A stretch of 64,000 nt of DNA from an uncultured Planctomycetales bacterium. Lineage in GTDB: Bacteria; Omnitrophota; Gorgyraeia; Gygaellales; Profunditerraquicolaceae. The DNA lies in NCBI GenBank assembly GCA_964467905.1, contig CAYXSY010000001.1:17226-81225 (forward strand), in the 5' to 3' direction. The position numbers and the translations under genes were made by a program. Shown one piece after another: positions 17,936 through 27,382 of this stretch. Position 1 is the first letter of the stretch; each line of letters begins with the position of its first letter. Under the pieces are notes generated by a model. It did no database searches. It saw nothing but the letters and a program-made list of their open reading frames with translations, and had not been told where the DNA came from.

Positions 17936-19263
17936 AGCACTGCTCCTAAGCTGGCAGCCAGCGATTGAATTTCTTCTTTAGTCCTTTTCTCGGTAACGGC
18001 AATTAAAAGATAATTATCCATACCTTTATAAAACCTTCCCAGCGGGAACCCGCAGGCGAATCCTTTATCTATCATGCGATGCACAATCTCATCGGCAGGC
18101 CTGGGTAACATGACTGTAAACTCATTAAATGTTGATGAGCTGCGCTTTACCTCAACCCCACTGATACCAGAAAGCTTCTCTTTGGCGAATTCTGCCCTCT
18201 GATAATTATTCTGCGCCAACTCCCCAAGCCCATCCTTGCCTAAAAGGGCAACGAATATTGCGGCGCGCAAGGCGCAAAGGGCTTCATTAGAACAGATATT
18301 TGAAGTAGCTCTCTCCCGGCGGATATGCTGTTCACGGGTCTGAAGCGTAAGCACAAAACCCCTCTTTCCTTCGGAATCAACAGTAGCCCCTACAATTCTC
18401 CCGGGCATCTGGCGGACGAGTTCTTTTCTTGCCGACATAAAACCCAAATACGGGCCTCCGAATGATAACGGTATGCCTAGACTCTGGCCCTCTCCGGTTG
18501 CGATATCAAAGCCCATTTCACCCGGAGATTTTAACATGCCCAGTGATACCGGATAAACCGAAGCAATGGCAAGCGAACCGAATTTATGCACCCTCTCAAC
18601 CACATCGCTATAATCATCAACTACACCGAAAAAATTAGGATTTTGAATAATTACCGCTGCAGTCTTATCGTCTAAATGTTTAAACAACTCATCACGCGAA
18701 CTTTTTCCATGCACAACAGGAATCTCCACAAACTCAATGGAAAGATTTGAAGTATAGGTATAAAGCATAGTGCGGTAAATCAGGTTTACCCCACTATCCA
18801 TAATTATTTTGTTTCTGCCGGTCAGGCGTATAGCCATCATCGCAGCCTCATAAAGCGCGGTTCCGCCGTCATATAAAGAAGCATTGGAAACATCAAGCCC
18901 GGTCAACTCACAAACCATAGACTGATACTCATATATAGCCTGAAGCCAGCCCTGCGAACATTCCGGTTGATAAGGCGTATAGGCTGTATAGAATTCGGAG
19001 CGCGATGCTATGGCATCGACCGCTGCCGGAATAATATGGTCATAAAAACCGGCGCCCACAAAATTAACCAGCCCGGTAGCATTTTTGGTAGAAAGATGGC
19101 GCAATTTTTGAGTTACTTCAAATTCCGATTTTCCTGACGGGATATTAAATGATTTTGCCCGCAATGACTGCGGGATATCTCCAAAAAGCTCATCAATACT
19201 TGATACGCCGATTACCTCAAGCATCTGCTTTATTTCTTCATCTGTGTGGGGGACATAACTCAT
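17932..19263 (-). CDS. gcvPA: Glycine dehydrogenase (decarboxylating) subunit 1
   Basis: 443-aa ORF. Its N-terminus YVPHTDEEIKQMLEVIGV..ELF.DIP and the motif YTPYQPE are typical of GcvPA. Confidence 0.92.
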   Translation of the reverse strand: MSYVPHTDEEIKQMLEVIGVSSIDELFGDIPQSLRAKSFNIPSGKSEFEVTQKLRHLSTKNATGLVNFVGAGFYDHIIPAAVDAIASRSEFYTAYTPYQPECSQGWLQAIYEYQSMVCELTGLDVSNASLYDGGTALYEAAMMAIRLTGRNKIIMDSGVNLIYRTMLYTYTSNLSIEFVEIPVVHGKSSRDELFKHLDDKTAAVIIQNPNFFGVVDDYSDVVERVHKFGSLAIASVYPVSLGMLKSPGEMGFDIATGEGQSLGIPLSFGGPYLGFMSARKELVRQMPGRIVGATVDSEGKRGFVLTLQTREQHIRRERATSNICSNEALCALRAAIFVALLGKDGLGELAQNNYQRAEFAKEKLSGISGVEVKRSSSTFNEFTVMLPRPADEIVHRMIDKGFACGFPLGRFYKGMDNYLLIAVTEKRTKEEIQSLAASLGAVL

Positions 19264-19649
19264 TTGGAAAGCCCTTGGAGATAACGCTCGTAGGAAGCGG
19301 AATCCATAAGATTATTTTTTTCTGTCTCGTCTGAAAATTCCATTACAAAAAAATAGCCTTCCTGATATGCGGATTTGTTTATCAGCTCCGGATGAGCTGC
19401 TAATGCCTCATTGACGGCAATGACCTTTCCTGATAAAGGAGCATATACATCAGAAGCCGCCTTTACTGACTCAACGGTTGCGCAATATTCGCCTTGCTTT
19501 AAAACCTCGGATATCTTAGGCAGGCCGGCAAAAGTAATATCGCCTAAAGAGCCCTGCGCGTAATCGGTGATCCCGACATATGCGGTTTTGCCTTCTATGC
19601 GCGCCCACTCGTGGTCCTTAGTATAAAAAAGATCCTTTGGTATACTCAT
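19260..19649 (-). CDS. gcvH: Glycine cleavage system H protein
   Basis: 129-aa ORF with YTKDHEWARIEG...VGITDYAQ and the lipoyl-lysine motif ESVKAASDVYAPLSG. Confidence 0.92.
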   Translation of the reverse strand: MSIPKDLFYTKDHEWARIEGKTAYVGITDYAQGSLGDITFAGLPKISEVLKQGEYCATVESVKAASDVYAPLSGKVIAVNEALAAHPELINKSAYQEGYFFVMEFSDETEKNNLMDSASYERYLQGLSK

Positions 19650-19666
19650 TTTTAAAAAACCTCCGT

Positions 19667-20749
19667 CTAATGCGTTGCCTTATAAAAAGGTTTATTACTT
19701 ATTGCTACAGGAATTTCAATATTATTATCTTTAACCGCTAACGCCGTACCAATGCTATGCTCACCGCGGATATATCCCATGCCTATACCGACCGAGAGGC
19801 TGGGAGAAAACGAACCGCTGGTTACTTTACCGACACACTCATTGCCATTAAATAATGAAAAACCGCTGCGTGGCGAGCGGCGCGATGCGGATTTAAAACT
19901 TATCAAATATTCCTTAGGACCGGCTTTACGCTCATCTAAAAGCGCACCCTTACCGATAAAATCTTTTGAAAAATCTACGAATTTATCAAGACAGGCGGCA
20001 ATAGGAGTATGTGCGATATCAAGCTCATGCCCGTAAAGCGGATATCCCATCTCAAGACGCAAGGTATCCCTAGCGCCTAATCCGGCGGGCTTAACGCGTT
20101 TATCTTTTAAAACCCTGTTCCAGAGATTTATAATCTTATCAATAGAAACATACAATTCATAACCCAGCTCACCTGTGTAGCCGGTTCTACTTATTATACA
20201 ACTTTCTCCCTCAAAAGTAAAATCTCCGCAACTATAATAACGAAGCTCCTCTACCTTAGCGCCGAAAATGTCTTTTATTACCCCCAACGAATCTGGTCCT
20301 TGCACATCAAGCTTGCCCAATCTATCCGAGGCATTCTCAAAATGTACACCTGTAGATAACTGTTTCTTAAAATGCCCTGCATCACTGGAAATGGTAGCGG
20401 CATTAACTACAATCATCCATGAATCCTGCCCAAGCCGGTATATTATTAAATCATCAAGTATGCCTGCGGACTCATTAAGCATAAACCCATAGCGGCATGC
20501 ACCTATAGGCATAGATGCAATATCCTGGGTGACAATGCGGTCTAGCCCGCTTGAGACAGCGTCTCCTTTAATAAAAAACTCTCCCATGTGGCATATATCA
20601 AAAACAGAAACGCTACTTCTGGTATGAAAATGCTCAGCTATAATACCCTCATACTGAATTGGCATTAACCATCCGCCAAAAGGCGCCATTTTTGCGCCTA
20701 AAGCAACGTGAGATTCATAAAGCGGGGTTTTAAGCAAGGTATCGGGCAT
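19667..20749 (-). CDS. gcvT: Glycine cleavage system aminomethyltransferase T
   Basis: 360-aa ORF with TPLYESHVALGAKMAPFGGWLMPIQY and SRTGYTGELGYE motifs. Confidence 0.92.
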   Translation of the reverse strand: MPDTLLKTPLYESHVALGAKMAPFGGWLMPIQYEGIIAEHFHTRSSVSVFDICHMGEFFIKGDAVSSGLDRIVTQDIASMPIGACRYGFMLNESAGILDDLIIYRLGQDSWMIVVNAATISSDAGHFKKQLSTGVHFENASDRLGKLDVQGPDSLGVIKDIFGAKVEELRYYSCGDFTFEGESCIISRTGYTGELGYELYVSIDKIINLWNRVLKDKRVKPAGLGARDTLRLEMGYPLYGHELDIAHTPIAACLDKFVDFSKDFIGKGALLDERKAGPKEYLISFKSASRRSPRSGFSLFNGNECVGKVTSGSFSPSLSVGIGMGYIRGEHSIGTALAVKDNNIEIPVAISNKPFYKATH

Positions 20750-21088
20750 CTACTCTATCTCTAAGGAATCAATAATAAATTCCTGGTTATTGATAAGCTC
20801 GAAATCTTCCGCGCCGCATAGTGGACATGCATTAACAGGGGCGTTGATATCGCTGGAAACTTTACATTTATTGCATCTTATCGCTGCTTTATTCTTGCGT
20901 ATATTTAATGATACGTTCTTAATGCCGCTCTCTTCATTAAGCAACGCAAACGCCGAACGCAAACTCTGCTCGGTAACATGGGTAAACGGACCCAAGATAA
21001 CATTAACAGTCACTCTCTGATAACTAAAATCCGCTACCCTATCCTTGAGCAACTCAATTATCTTTTTGGCGAACATTATATCATGCAC
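20750..21088 (-). CDS. hypA: Hydrogenase nickel-incorporation protein HypA
   Basis: 112-aa ORF with an N-terminal MHD (MHE-type Ni site) and two CxxC pairs (CNKC...CPLC). Its stop abuts the gcvT start with no gap. Confidence 0.8.
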   Translation of the reverse strand: MHDIMFAKKIIELLKDRVADFSYQRVTVNVILGPFTHVTEQSLRSAFALLNEESGIKNVSLNIRKNKAAIRCNKCKVSSDINAPVNACPLCGAEDFELINNQEFIIDSLEIE

Positions 21089-21109
21089 CTTATCACCTAC
21101 TTTTAAAAG

Positions 21110-21847
21110 TTAACCTAATCTTGAAATACCCAGAGGCCTCTCTAAGCCGTTTGCTAAAAGTAATTCTTCATCTCCAAGTATATCTTTAGCCTTACCGTCT
21201 GCGCTAATCTTTCCGCGATGAATAATAATTACTCTTTCACAAAGATCCAGCGCCATATCCAAGTCGTGAGTAGCAATAATTTTTGTATGATGAAAAGTCT
21301 TTAACATCTCAATCAGGCGCCTGCGCGACCTGGGGTCTAAGCTAGAGCTTGGTTCATCCATTACTAATATATCCGGGGACATGGATAAAACAGTAGCGAT
21401 AGAAACTGCTCTCTTCTCTCCTTGAGAGAGCCTATATGGCGGACGCTTGGCTAAATGCCCGACTCCAACAGTATCAAGCGCCTTCTTAACAACCGCCCCC
21501 GCTTCTTCCTTGCTAAAACCCATATTCAAAGGCCCGAATGCTACATCATCAAACACTGTCGGCATAAATAACTGATCATCCGGGTTCTGAAAAACCATAC
21601 CTACGCTGCGACGCACAACATTGATATTTTTACTTGTCAGCTGGCAATCTCCGATCCTCACACCGCCTTTAGAAGCTAACAAATAGCCGTTTAAATGAAG
21701 CAGAAGTGTTGATTTTCCCGAACCATTCTCTCCTATTATCGCCACCGACTCTCCGTGTGATACGCGAAAAGATATCCCGCCCAAAGCAGGAGTTCCGTCG
21801 GGATAACTGTAATGCAAATCTGTTATCTCAACAATATGATGGCTCAT
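21110..21847 (-). CDS. cbiO: ECF/ABC transporter ATP-binding protein (CbiO/NikO type)
   Basis: 245-aa ORF with Walker A GENGSGKST, signature LSQGEKRAV and Walker B ILVMDEP. Confidence 0.85.
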   Translation of the reverse strand: MSHHIVEITDLHYSYPDGTPALGGISFRVSHGESVAIIGENGSGKSTLLLHLNGYLLASKGGVRIGDCQLTSKNINVVRRSVGMVFQNPDDQLFMPTVFDDVAFGPLNMGFSKEEAGAVVKKALDTVGVGHLAKRPPYRLSQGEKRAVSIATVLSMSPDILVMDEPSSSLDPRSRRRLIEMLKTFHHTKIIATHDLDMALDLCERVIIIHRGKISADGKAKDILGDEELLLANGLERPLGISRLG

Positions 21848-22656
21848 TTCAAGTGCCCCGTGACTAAATAGCCGAGGTATAAAGGAAAATTAAAAAACCT
21901 GAAGAATAAAAATAATCCTGCCCAGCCGACAATATAGCGGATCTCCCTGTAGGTTATTCTACCCTGTTTATGCGCATGCATATGCCCGTCAAACATGCGA
22001 CATGACATAGCGCAATAAATACGCTCTGCGCGGTCTAGGGTACGCAACAATAGATTCCCCACCAAGGGCACGAAAACCTTAAAACCTAAGACCGCCCTAA
22101 AAGACCCTCTGAATGAACTGGCGCGTACCATGCGCTCAGCCTCATCCGCTAATACAAATATATAGCGGTAGAAAAAAAGAAGTTGAGATACAAACACACG
22201 AGGCACGCCTAGGCTTAATAATGATTCGCAAATAGTATTAAAACCGGTTAAAGCCACCAGGCACATGGCTGATGTCACCGTTAATACAAAGCGCAGCATA
22301 ATCGATGCAAAAGAAACCCATCCTCCCGAAACACCAAGCGTTCCGAAATAAAATAATATTTGTTTATCTATGAGCGGGTTGAAAATCCCCAGTAAGATAG
22401 CAAACGGAGAAACCAATAATACTTTTCTCAATAAATAGCCTGCAGGAAGTCCGGCAGAAGCAATTAAAACGGCAGGATAGATAAAAAATGGCAATAGCCC
22501 CAGAACTTCATATTTACCGAAAGAAACAACCGTGACGATAAAAAATAAAGTAGTAATTATCTTAGCTCTCGGGGACAAGCTGTGTAATGGGCTATTTCCC
22601 GAAGCCAAAACATCCATATAACCTATATCGAATGAATTCCTGCCGATATTATTCAT
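21844..22656 (-). CDS. cbiQ: ECF transporter transmembrane (T) component CbiQ/NikQ
   Basis: 270-aa polytopic membrane ORF placed between the CbiM-like and CbiO-like genes. It has an ARG-containing coupling helix region (..RAERIYCAM..). Confidence 0.75.
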   Translation of the reverse strand: MNNIGRNSFDIGYMDVLASGNSPLHSLSPRAKIITTLFFIVTVVSFGKYEVLGLLPFFIYPAVLIASAGLPAGYLLRKVLLVSPFAILLGIFNPLIDKQILFYFGTLGVSGGWVSFASIMLRFVLTVTSAMCLVALTGFNTICESLLSLGVPRVFVSQLLFFYRYIFVLADEAERMVRASSFRGSFRAVLGFKVFVPLVGNLLLRTLDRAERIYCAMSCRMFDGHMHAHKQGRITYREIRYIVGWAGLFLFFRFFNFPLYLGYLVTGHLK

Positions 22657-22718
22657 AAATGAAGGCGAAATTAAAATAGAAACTTAGGGTTCTATTATAA
22701 ACCCTCGGCAGGAACTGG

Positions 22719-23750
22719 TCAAGCTGTAACCTTACGCCGCCTTAATAGCAGGCCCACTAAAACAACTATCAAAATAGTCAGAAGGCCTCCTGTAAAACCC
22801 GAAACAGATGTGCCGGCGTCAACAGCAGGCCAGGAAGATTGGTCTAGGGTAGCTTCTGCCTCCGTAACAGATTTCTTAAAACCATAGTCCGGTAAAAAAG
22901 CGGCCTTCTCTTGGAAGCCAGACAAAGAATCATAAATTCCACCTTGCGCCTCTAATTCTTCCTTGCCCGAAGTCTTAAACATCGCCCATTCAAGCCCGTC
23001 CGGATGACTGGATGCAAACCAACTCAACGCCCCTGCGGTAATGGCAGTTACAACCAACAACCCCGCGATAACTTTTTTTATATTAAGGTTACCTATTGGC
23101 GAAGATTGCTGTGCTAAAGATAGAATCTCCGGGCGCGCCTTCCAGACAAAAGTTACCACGGCTGCCGTAACCAGGCCTTCTACAATGCCTATAGCTAAAT
23201 GTATCGGCTGCATTAAAAGCACGAACGTATTAAATGGCAGCTCTGTCCTCCCCGAAAGTAGAGTTTCAACAACCACACCAAAAGCCCCAAGCTGTAATCC
23301 TATAACCGCAGCAACAATAGAACCTAGCATAATCTTACCCTGTGTAAGACTGCTGCCGACAATTTTACGGTAAACCAATGGATAAGCTATAAAACACGTA
23401 AAAAAACCTAAATTAAAAATATTACAACCCAAAGCCAGAATCCCGCCATCAGCAAAAAAGAGGGCCTGAACAACCAAAACTGATGCCATAACTATAAATG
23501 CCGCGTAGGGGCCTAATAAAATTGACAAAATCATCCCGCCGCCTAAATGTCCGCTTGAGCCGGTAGCAGGAATGCTGAAATTAATCATCTGCGCGGCAAA
23601 TATAAAAGCACCTAACACCCCCATTAATGGAATTTTACGGTCGGAGATCTCCTTTTGTACCTTTTTGCAGCTATAACCAAGTAAGCCGGCAGAAGCAGCC
23701 CACATTACTCCCCCTACAGCAGGTGATATCAAAGCATCAGCCATGTGCAT
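22719..23750 (-). CDS. cbiM: CbiM/NikM substrate component fused to a C-terminal PDGLE (CbiN/NikN-like) segment
   Basis: 343-aa ORF with the N-terminal MHMADALISP (metal-binding MH N-terminus of CbiM/NikM) and multiple TM helices. The C-terminal part contains SSHPDGLEWA and a final TM. Confidence 0.8.
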   Translation of the reverse strand: MHMADALISPAVGGVMWAASAGLLGYSCKKVQKEISDRKIPLMGVLGAFIFAAQMINFSIPATGSSGHLGGGMILSILLGPYAAFIVMASVLVVQALFFADGGILALGCNIFNLGFFTCFIAYPLVYRKIVGSSLTQGKIMLGSIVAAVIGLQLGAFGVVVETLLSGRTELPFNTFVLLMQPIHLAIGIVEGLVTAAVVTFVWKARPEILSLAQQSSPIGNLNIKKVIAGLLVVTAITAGALSWFASSHPDGLEWAMFKTSGKEELEAQGGIYDSLSGFQEKAAFLPDYGFKKSVTEAEATLDQSSWPAVDAGTSVSGFTGGLLTILIVVLVGLLLRRRKVTA

Positions 23751-23845
23751 AGTTTCCCTCCTTCGCAGTTAGCGAACATCGGCCGATCAGATTAGGCCAG
23801 ATGTTATCATTATATAATAAAAGCTTGCAACCGCAGAGCCGTTTT

Positions 23846-25201
23846 CTAAAAATCAATCTGCGTCCTCATACCACCCACAAATACCCCTGCAGTATCCCCT
23901 GTCACATCCTTACCAAAAGGATTCCAGATATACTGGAAGTCAGGGCTTATAGCCAAATGTTTATTGACCTGTATTCTATAATAAGCCTCCAGGTGCCCTT
24001 CATTTTTGGCATGCAGTCCGGGAATACTTTTCTTATAATCGTCCGAAGGAACAGCCTGACCTATGGCGAAAGCCAAAACATCATCTTCCCTGCCCCACGG
24101 CTTTCCGGTAACCTGTAAACCTGCGCTCCAGGAATGCTCCAGCGAATACACGGAACCGTCGCTGGCGGTAATATCCGGGTTGTAAACTTCCGGGTTTTGC
24201 CATCCGTAGCGCGCAAAAACCGTAATAAAATCGTTGGCTTTCTGATCCCAGCTCAAAGCAAAACCGTATGAACTTTCCTTTTCTTGAGTAGGAGCCAGCC
24301 ATTTAGTATGATAAGCATTACTGCTCCAGCCTAAGAAACGGTAATTACCTTCAAGGCCGAAGAATTTAGTCTTAAAATTGACCTGGCCGATATTGAACAG
24401 GTTATCGGCAATTTTCTCCCAGTCATTGTTGGAATCAAAAGTTCCGAAATTAAATTCCAGCCATTCATAAGGCACAAATGCCGCCCTGATGCCCACGGTA
24501 TTATCCGGAAATTCAATTACCGGATTATTGCGGAATATCCGGCCCAAAAATTGTGTAGTTTCGTCATTAGCAACTTCGCTATTATCGAAATATGCTGTGG
24601 GATCAAGCTTACCGAAAGTCAAAGCAATCTTATCCTTAAACATAAGCTGCTCATACCATAACTCTGTAATATGCACGCGGTCCTCATTATCTATATCACG
24701 GTTGACATTGCTATAAAGTATGAGATTGTCCTCTAGGCCATCACCCTGTCCGCCCTCAAGATGTAAAAATGCTCTCCCCGCCACTTCCTTAAATTCTTTA
24801 CCTATAGTAATATCGGCCGAATACGATCCGTCAGTCCGCCCTTCTTTCAAAGTCGCCCCTGCGTTGGTGTTATTTGTTCCCTGGACTATTAACGTACCTC
24901 CTGCTCCGATTTCAAGTCCTTCAGCAATAACCTGTGGCATACCCACCTGTCGATGCAGCTCTTGGTTAAAATTAGAGAATCTATCTTCGTATTCAGCTAT
25001 TTTCTTGTCTTGCGTAATATTACACTGCTCTTGCCTGATTATTTGTTTATCCTGCTCGGATATCTTTTGCTCTAGAGCAGCGATACGCCTCTCAAGGGCG
25101 GCAATTTTATCCTGGAGCGCTTTTTCATCAGCAAAAGCTATACCTGTATGAAACGTAAGAAAAGTAAAAACTAAAATCATTACCGAAATCCTTTTTTTCA
25201 T
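23846..25201 (-). CDS. OprB-like outer-membrane porin with N-terminal coiled coil
   Basis: 451-aa ORF with a signal peptide (..TGIAFADE) and a coiled coil (KIAALERRIAALEQKISEQDKQI). The beta-barrel-like remainder ends GGMRTQIDF (terminal Phe). Confidence 0.55.
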   Translation of the reverse strand: MKKRISVMILVFTFLTFHTGIAFADEKALQDKIAALERRIAALEQKISEQDKQIIRQEQCNITQDKKIAEYEDRFSNFNQELHRQVGMPQVIAEGLEIGAGGTLIVQGTNNTNAGATLKEGRTDGSYSADITIGKEFKEVAGRAFLHLEGGQGDGLEDNLILYSNVNRDIDNEDRVHITELWYEQLMFKDKIALTFGKLDPTAYFDNSEVANDETTQFLGRIFRNNPVIEFPDNTVGIRAAFVPYEWLEFNFGTFDSNNDWEKIADNLFNIGQVNFKTKFFGLEGNYRFLGWSSNAYHTKWLAPTQEKESSYGFALSWDQKANDFITVFARYGWQNPEVYNPDITASDGSVYSLEHSWSAGLQVTGKPWGREDDVLAFAIGQAVPSDDYKKSIPGLHAKNEGHLEAYYRIQVNKHLAISPDFQYIWNPFGKDVTGDTAGVFVGGMRTQIDF

Positions 25202-25219
25202 CTCTCCCCCTTTTATCTC

Positions 25220-25249
25220 GGTGTTACTAAAATAATGTTCGTGTTACTA
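25220..25249. promoter_or_regulatory. Two copies of GTGTTACTAA spaced exactly 20 bp (candidate NikR operator) upstream of the porin gene
   Basis: gtgttactaa occurs at 25220..25229 and again at 25240..25249, 19-48 nt upstream of the porin start codon (25201). It shares the GT(G/A)TTAC half-site with the nikR upstream repeat. Confidence 0.35.
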
Positions 25250-25271
25250 ATGAATAAAAAAATAATACCGC

Positions 25272-25685
25272 TTAGATCTCTCTGCCTGTAGTTGACATGC
25301 TTAATGAGCCGTGTTTTACGCCTTTTACCGAGCGTAGGCTGTCGGATAATCTCTGCACCTCTTTAGGCGAACCCTTGACTGCAATAATTTCAAGACAATT
25401 GTTGTGATCCAGGTGTATATGCTGACAGGAAATGATGCTCTTTCCGAAATCATGCTGGATATCCATAAGTTTATTGGTAAGTTCTCTTTTATGATGGTCG
25501 TAGATAAGGGTGATTGCTCCGGTAACCTCTCGGCCTTCCTGCCACTCTCTCTCGACAAGGGTGCTGCGGATTAAATCGCGGATTGCTTCAGAACGGTTAG
25601 TATAGTTCTTCCCTGATATACTCCTGTCAAAATTCTCCAGAAGCCTCTTCTCCAAAGAAACCCCAAAACGCACTAATGAAGCCAT
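25272..25685 (-). CDS. nikR: Nickel-responsive regulator NikR
   Basis: 137-aa ORF with an N-terminal ribbon-helix-helix (RFGVSLEKRLLENFD..NRSEAIRDLIR). The C-terminal ACT-like domain has His/Cys ligand positions (YDHHKRE..., CQHIHLDH). Confidence 0.85.
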   Translation of the reverse strand: MASLVRFGVSLEKRLLENFDRSISGKNYTNRSEAIRDLIRSTLVEREWQEGREVTGAITLIYDHHKRELTNKLMDIQHDFGKSIISCQHIHLDHNNCLEIIAVKGSPKEVQRLSDSLRSVKGVKHGSLSMSTTGREI

Positions 25686-25699
25686 AAAACTCTCCTTAT

Positions 25700-25726
25700 G
25701 TATTACGAATGTAAGAATTGTAACAC
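25700..25726. promoter_or_regulatory. Inverted repeat GTATTAC-N13-GTAACAC (candidate NikR autoregulatory operator)
   Basis: Half-sites at 25700..25706 and 25720..25726 are reverse complements apart from one A/G difference. They lie 15-41 nt upstream of the nikR start. A TTGACA -35 sits on the minus strand at 25744..25739. Confidence 0.4.
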
Positions 25727-25766
25727 CAATAAGTTATTTGTCAAGGAATTTTAAGCACTGCTTGGC

Positions 25767-26165
25767 TTAAAAAGTAACGGCCTTATCGCTCTCCTTAATA
25801 ATATCATACATATCTTTCATAGTATTTATGGGGCACACTTCTGTGGCTGCCTGATTACGCAATCTAATGCATGAACCACAGGCGTAAATTTTGCCACCTG
25901 AACGAATAAAGTCTATTGCTTGCTCAATGGTATTGAATTTATCGGTGCTTATATTCTGGTACTCAACTCCTTTACCCATAAAGAATATTTTGACCTCATC
26001 CTTCTGCCCGAGAGCGAAGTTCGCATACCTAAGTGCGTTCCAACAAGTCTCTGCATCATTATTCGAAATCAGAACGGCTATCTTCAACCGACCTCCTTTG
26101 TAATTCAAATAATCTTCAAGGCTCCGACCGGACAAACTTTCTGACATCCACGCAACCGGTCGCAT
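25767..26165 (-). CDS. DsrE/DsrF-like family protein (start uncertain)
   Basis: 132-aa ORF. The core KIAVLISNND..WNALRYANFAL....VKIFFMGKGV.......GGKIYACGSC resembles DsrE-like sulfur-relay fold proteins. The track start overlaps the ferredoxin gene by 61 nt, so the true start is probably further downstream. Confidence 0.45.
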   Translation of the reverse strand: MRPVAWMSESLSGRSLEDYLNYKGGRLKIAVLISNNDAETCWNALRYANFALGQKDEVKIFFMGKGVEYQNISTDKFNTIEQAIDFIRSGGKIYACGSCIRLRNQAATEVCPINTMKDMYDIIKESDKAVTF

Positions 26166-26293
26166 CTTGATTCATCGGTTACCCTGCACTTCCCGCTTTT
26201 TTCATCAATATATAGTATTTTATTAGGACACAGCGAAACGCATGCTCCGCAACCGATACATAAACCTTCGTCAATAATAACTATCTTATTCAT
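26105..26293 (-). CDS. Small 2x[4Fe-4S] ferredoxin
   Basis: 62-aa ORF with CIGCGACVSLCP and C..L..CQKVCP motifs. Confidence 0.85.
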   Translation of the reverse strand: MNKIVIIDEGLCIGCGACVSLCPNKILYIDEKSGKCRVTDESRCDRLRGCQKVCPVGALKII

Positions 26294-27000
26294 AACTCTA
26301 TTATATCTCCCTCCCTTGCTTCAATAAAACCATCTTTGAATACTGAACGTATAATTCCTGTAGCGCTTTTGCCCGTACAATGCAAAGGCATAATCTTCTT
26401 TACGCCAAGCTGCCGCAATTTCTCTATTATGTTCTGATTTACTTTATCCGTATTATCTTTTAAATGCATGCCGCCTAACAGTAAATATAAGCCTGTATGT
26501 AAATTTTCTTTGGCATATTGGACAATATTAACTATTCCTGGATGCGCGCAACCACAAACTAACGCCAGGCCATTATTTGTTCTAATGATAATGGATTGTT
26601 CGTATATTATGCGGCTACCGGATTTCCCATAAAGCTCTCCTGTAGTATAAACATTATCTTTAATCCGTAATGCATGATTAGATTCAACTAATTTAACTCC
26701 AAATGAAGCAATTCTAGACTTTATCTCTTGTTTAAATCGTGGACAGATATAAACGGTTATATCTTTACTCCCTCTTATTAAATACCACAACCCCGAGATA
26801 TGATCCCAGTCGTCGTGTGATAAAATTATATGTTTAATCTTCGATAAATCTACGCCAAACCTACGCATATTATTTAAAAAAACTTCCGGATCGCCAAATG
26901 TATCAAACAGTATATCCTCACCTATCAAAAATGAAACTCCCCATCTGCGGATAAAACGCTGCCATTTGGTTGATCCTACGGCTATAATCTTAATTTGCAT
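26290..27000 (-). CDS. MBL-fold metallo-hydrolase
   Basis: 236-aa ORF with ILSHDDWDHISG (HxHxDH-type motif variant) and a later CGCAHPG. Confidence 0.7.
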   Translation of the reverse strand: MQIKIIAVGSTKWQRFIRRWGVSFLIGEDILFDTFGDPEVFLNNMRRFGVDLSKIKHIILSHDDWDHISGLWYLIRGSKDITVYICPRFKQEIKSRIASFGVKLVESNHALRIKDNVYTTGELYGKSGSRIIYEQSIIIRTNNGLALVCGCAHPGIVNIVQYAKENLHTGLYLLLGGMHLKDNTDKVNQNIIEKLRQLGVKKIMPLHCTGKSATGIIRSVFKDGFIEAREGDIIEL

Positions 27001-27004
27001 AATC

Positions 27005-27379
27005 TTAATTTTTCAACAAATAGTCGGCTATCGCCCGATAAAGAGCGCTTACAGCCAATATTGAACAATGCAGATACCTTTTTGGCAGCCCTTTTAATTC
27101 CTGGATAATATCGCCTGCCGAAATTTCCAGCGCTTTATCAATGGTCTTGCCATATGCCAAATATGCTGCGGTTGCTGCTGCTGCCTTCGTGGATTCGCAC
27201 CCATCGCTATAATACCTGATATCCGTGATTTTATTATTCTCTATCACCAAGTAAAACTCCATGGCATCTCCGCACGGACCCCTTAAATATGAAGAGCTTG
27301 TAGGATCATTCATCCTGCCGAAAAACCTTTGCCCATCTAAAAAATCTGCAATTTTCTCAGGATATTTAGCGGGCTTCAT
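27005..27379 (-). CDS. IscU/NifU N-terminal-like Fe-S scaffold protein
   Basis: 124-aa ORF with the three scaffold Cys contexts GPCGDAMEFY, SDGCESTKAAA and LHCSILAV. Confidence 0.75.
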   Translation of the reverse strand: MKPAKYPEKIADFLDGQRFFGRMNDPTSSSYLRGPCGDAMEFYLVIENNKITDIRYYSDGCESTKAAAATAAYLAYGKTIDKALEISAGDIIQELKGLPKRYLHCSILAVSALYRAIADYLLKN

Positions 27380-27382
27380 AAT

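Noticed and set aside
19650-21109. Glycine riboswitch upstream of gcvT, and T-box leaders upstream of thrS, pheS and gltX.
   Set aside because: gcvT abuts hypA with no gap. thrS, pheS and gltX starts overlap the preceding genes. There is no room for a leader RNA at any of them.
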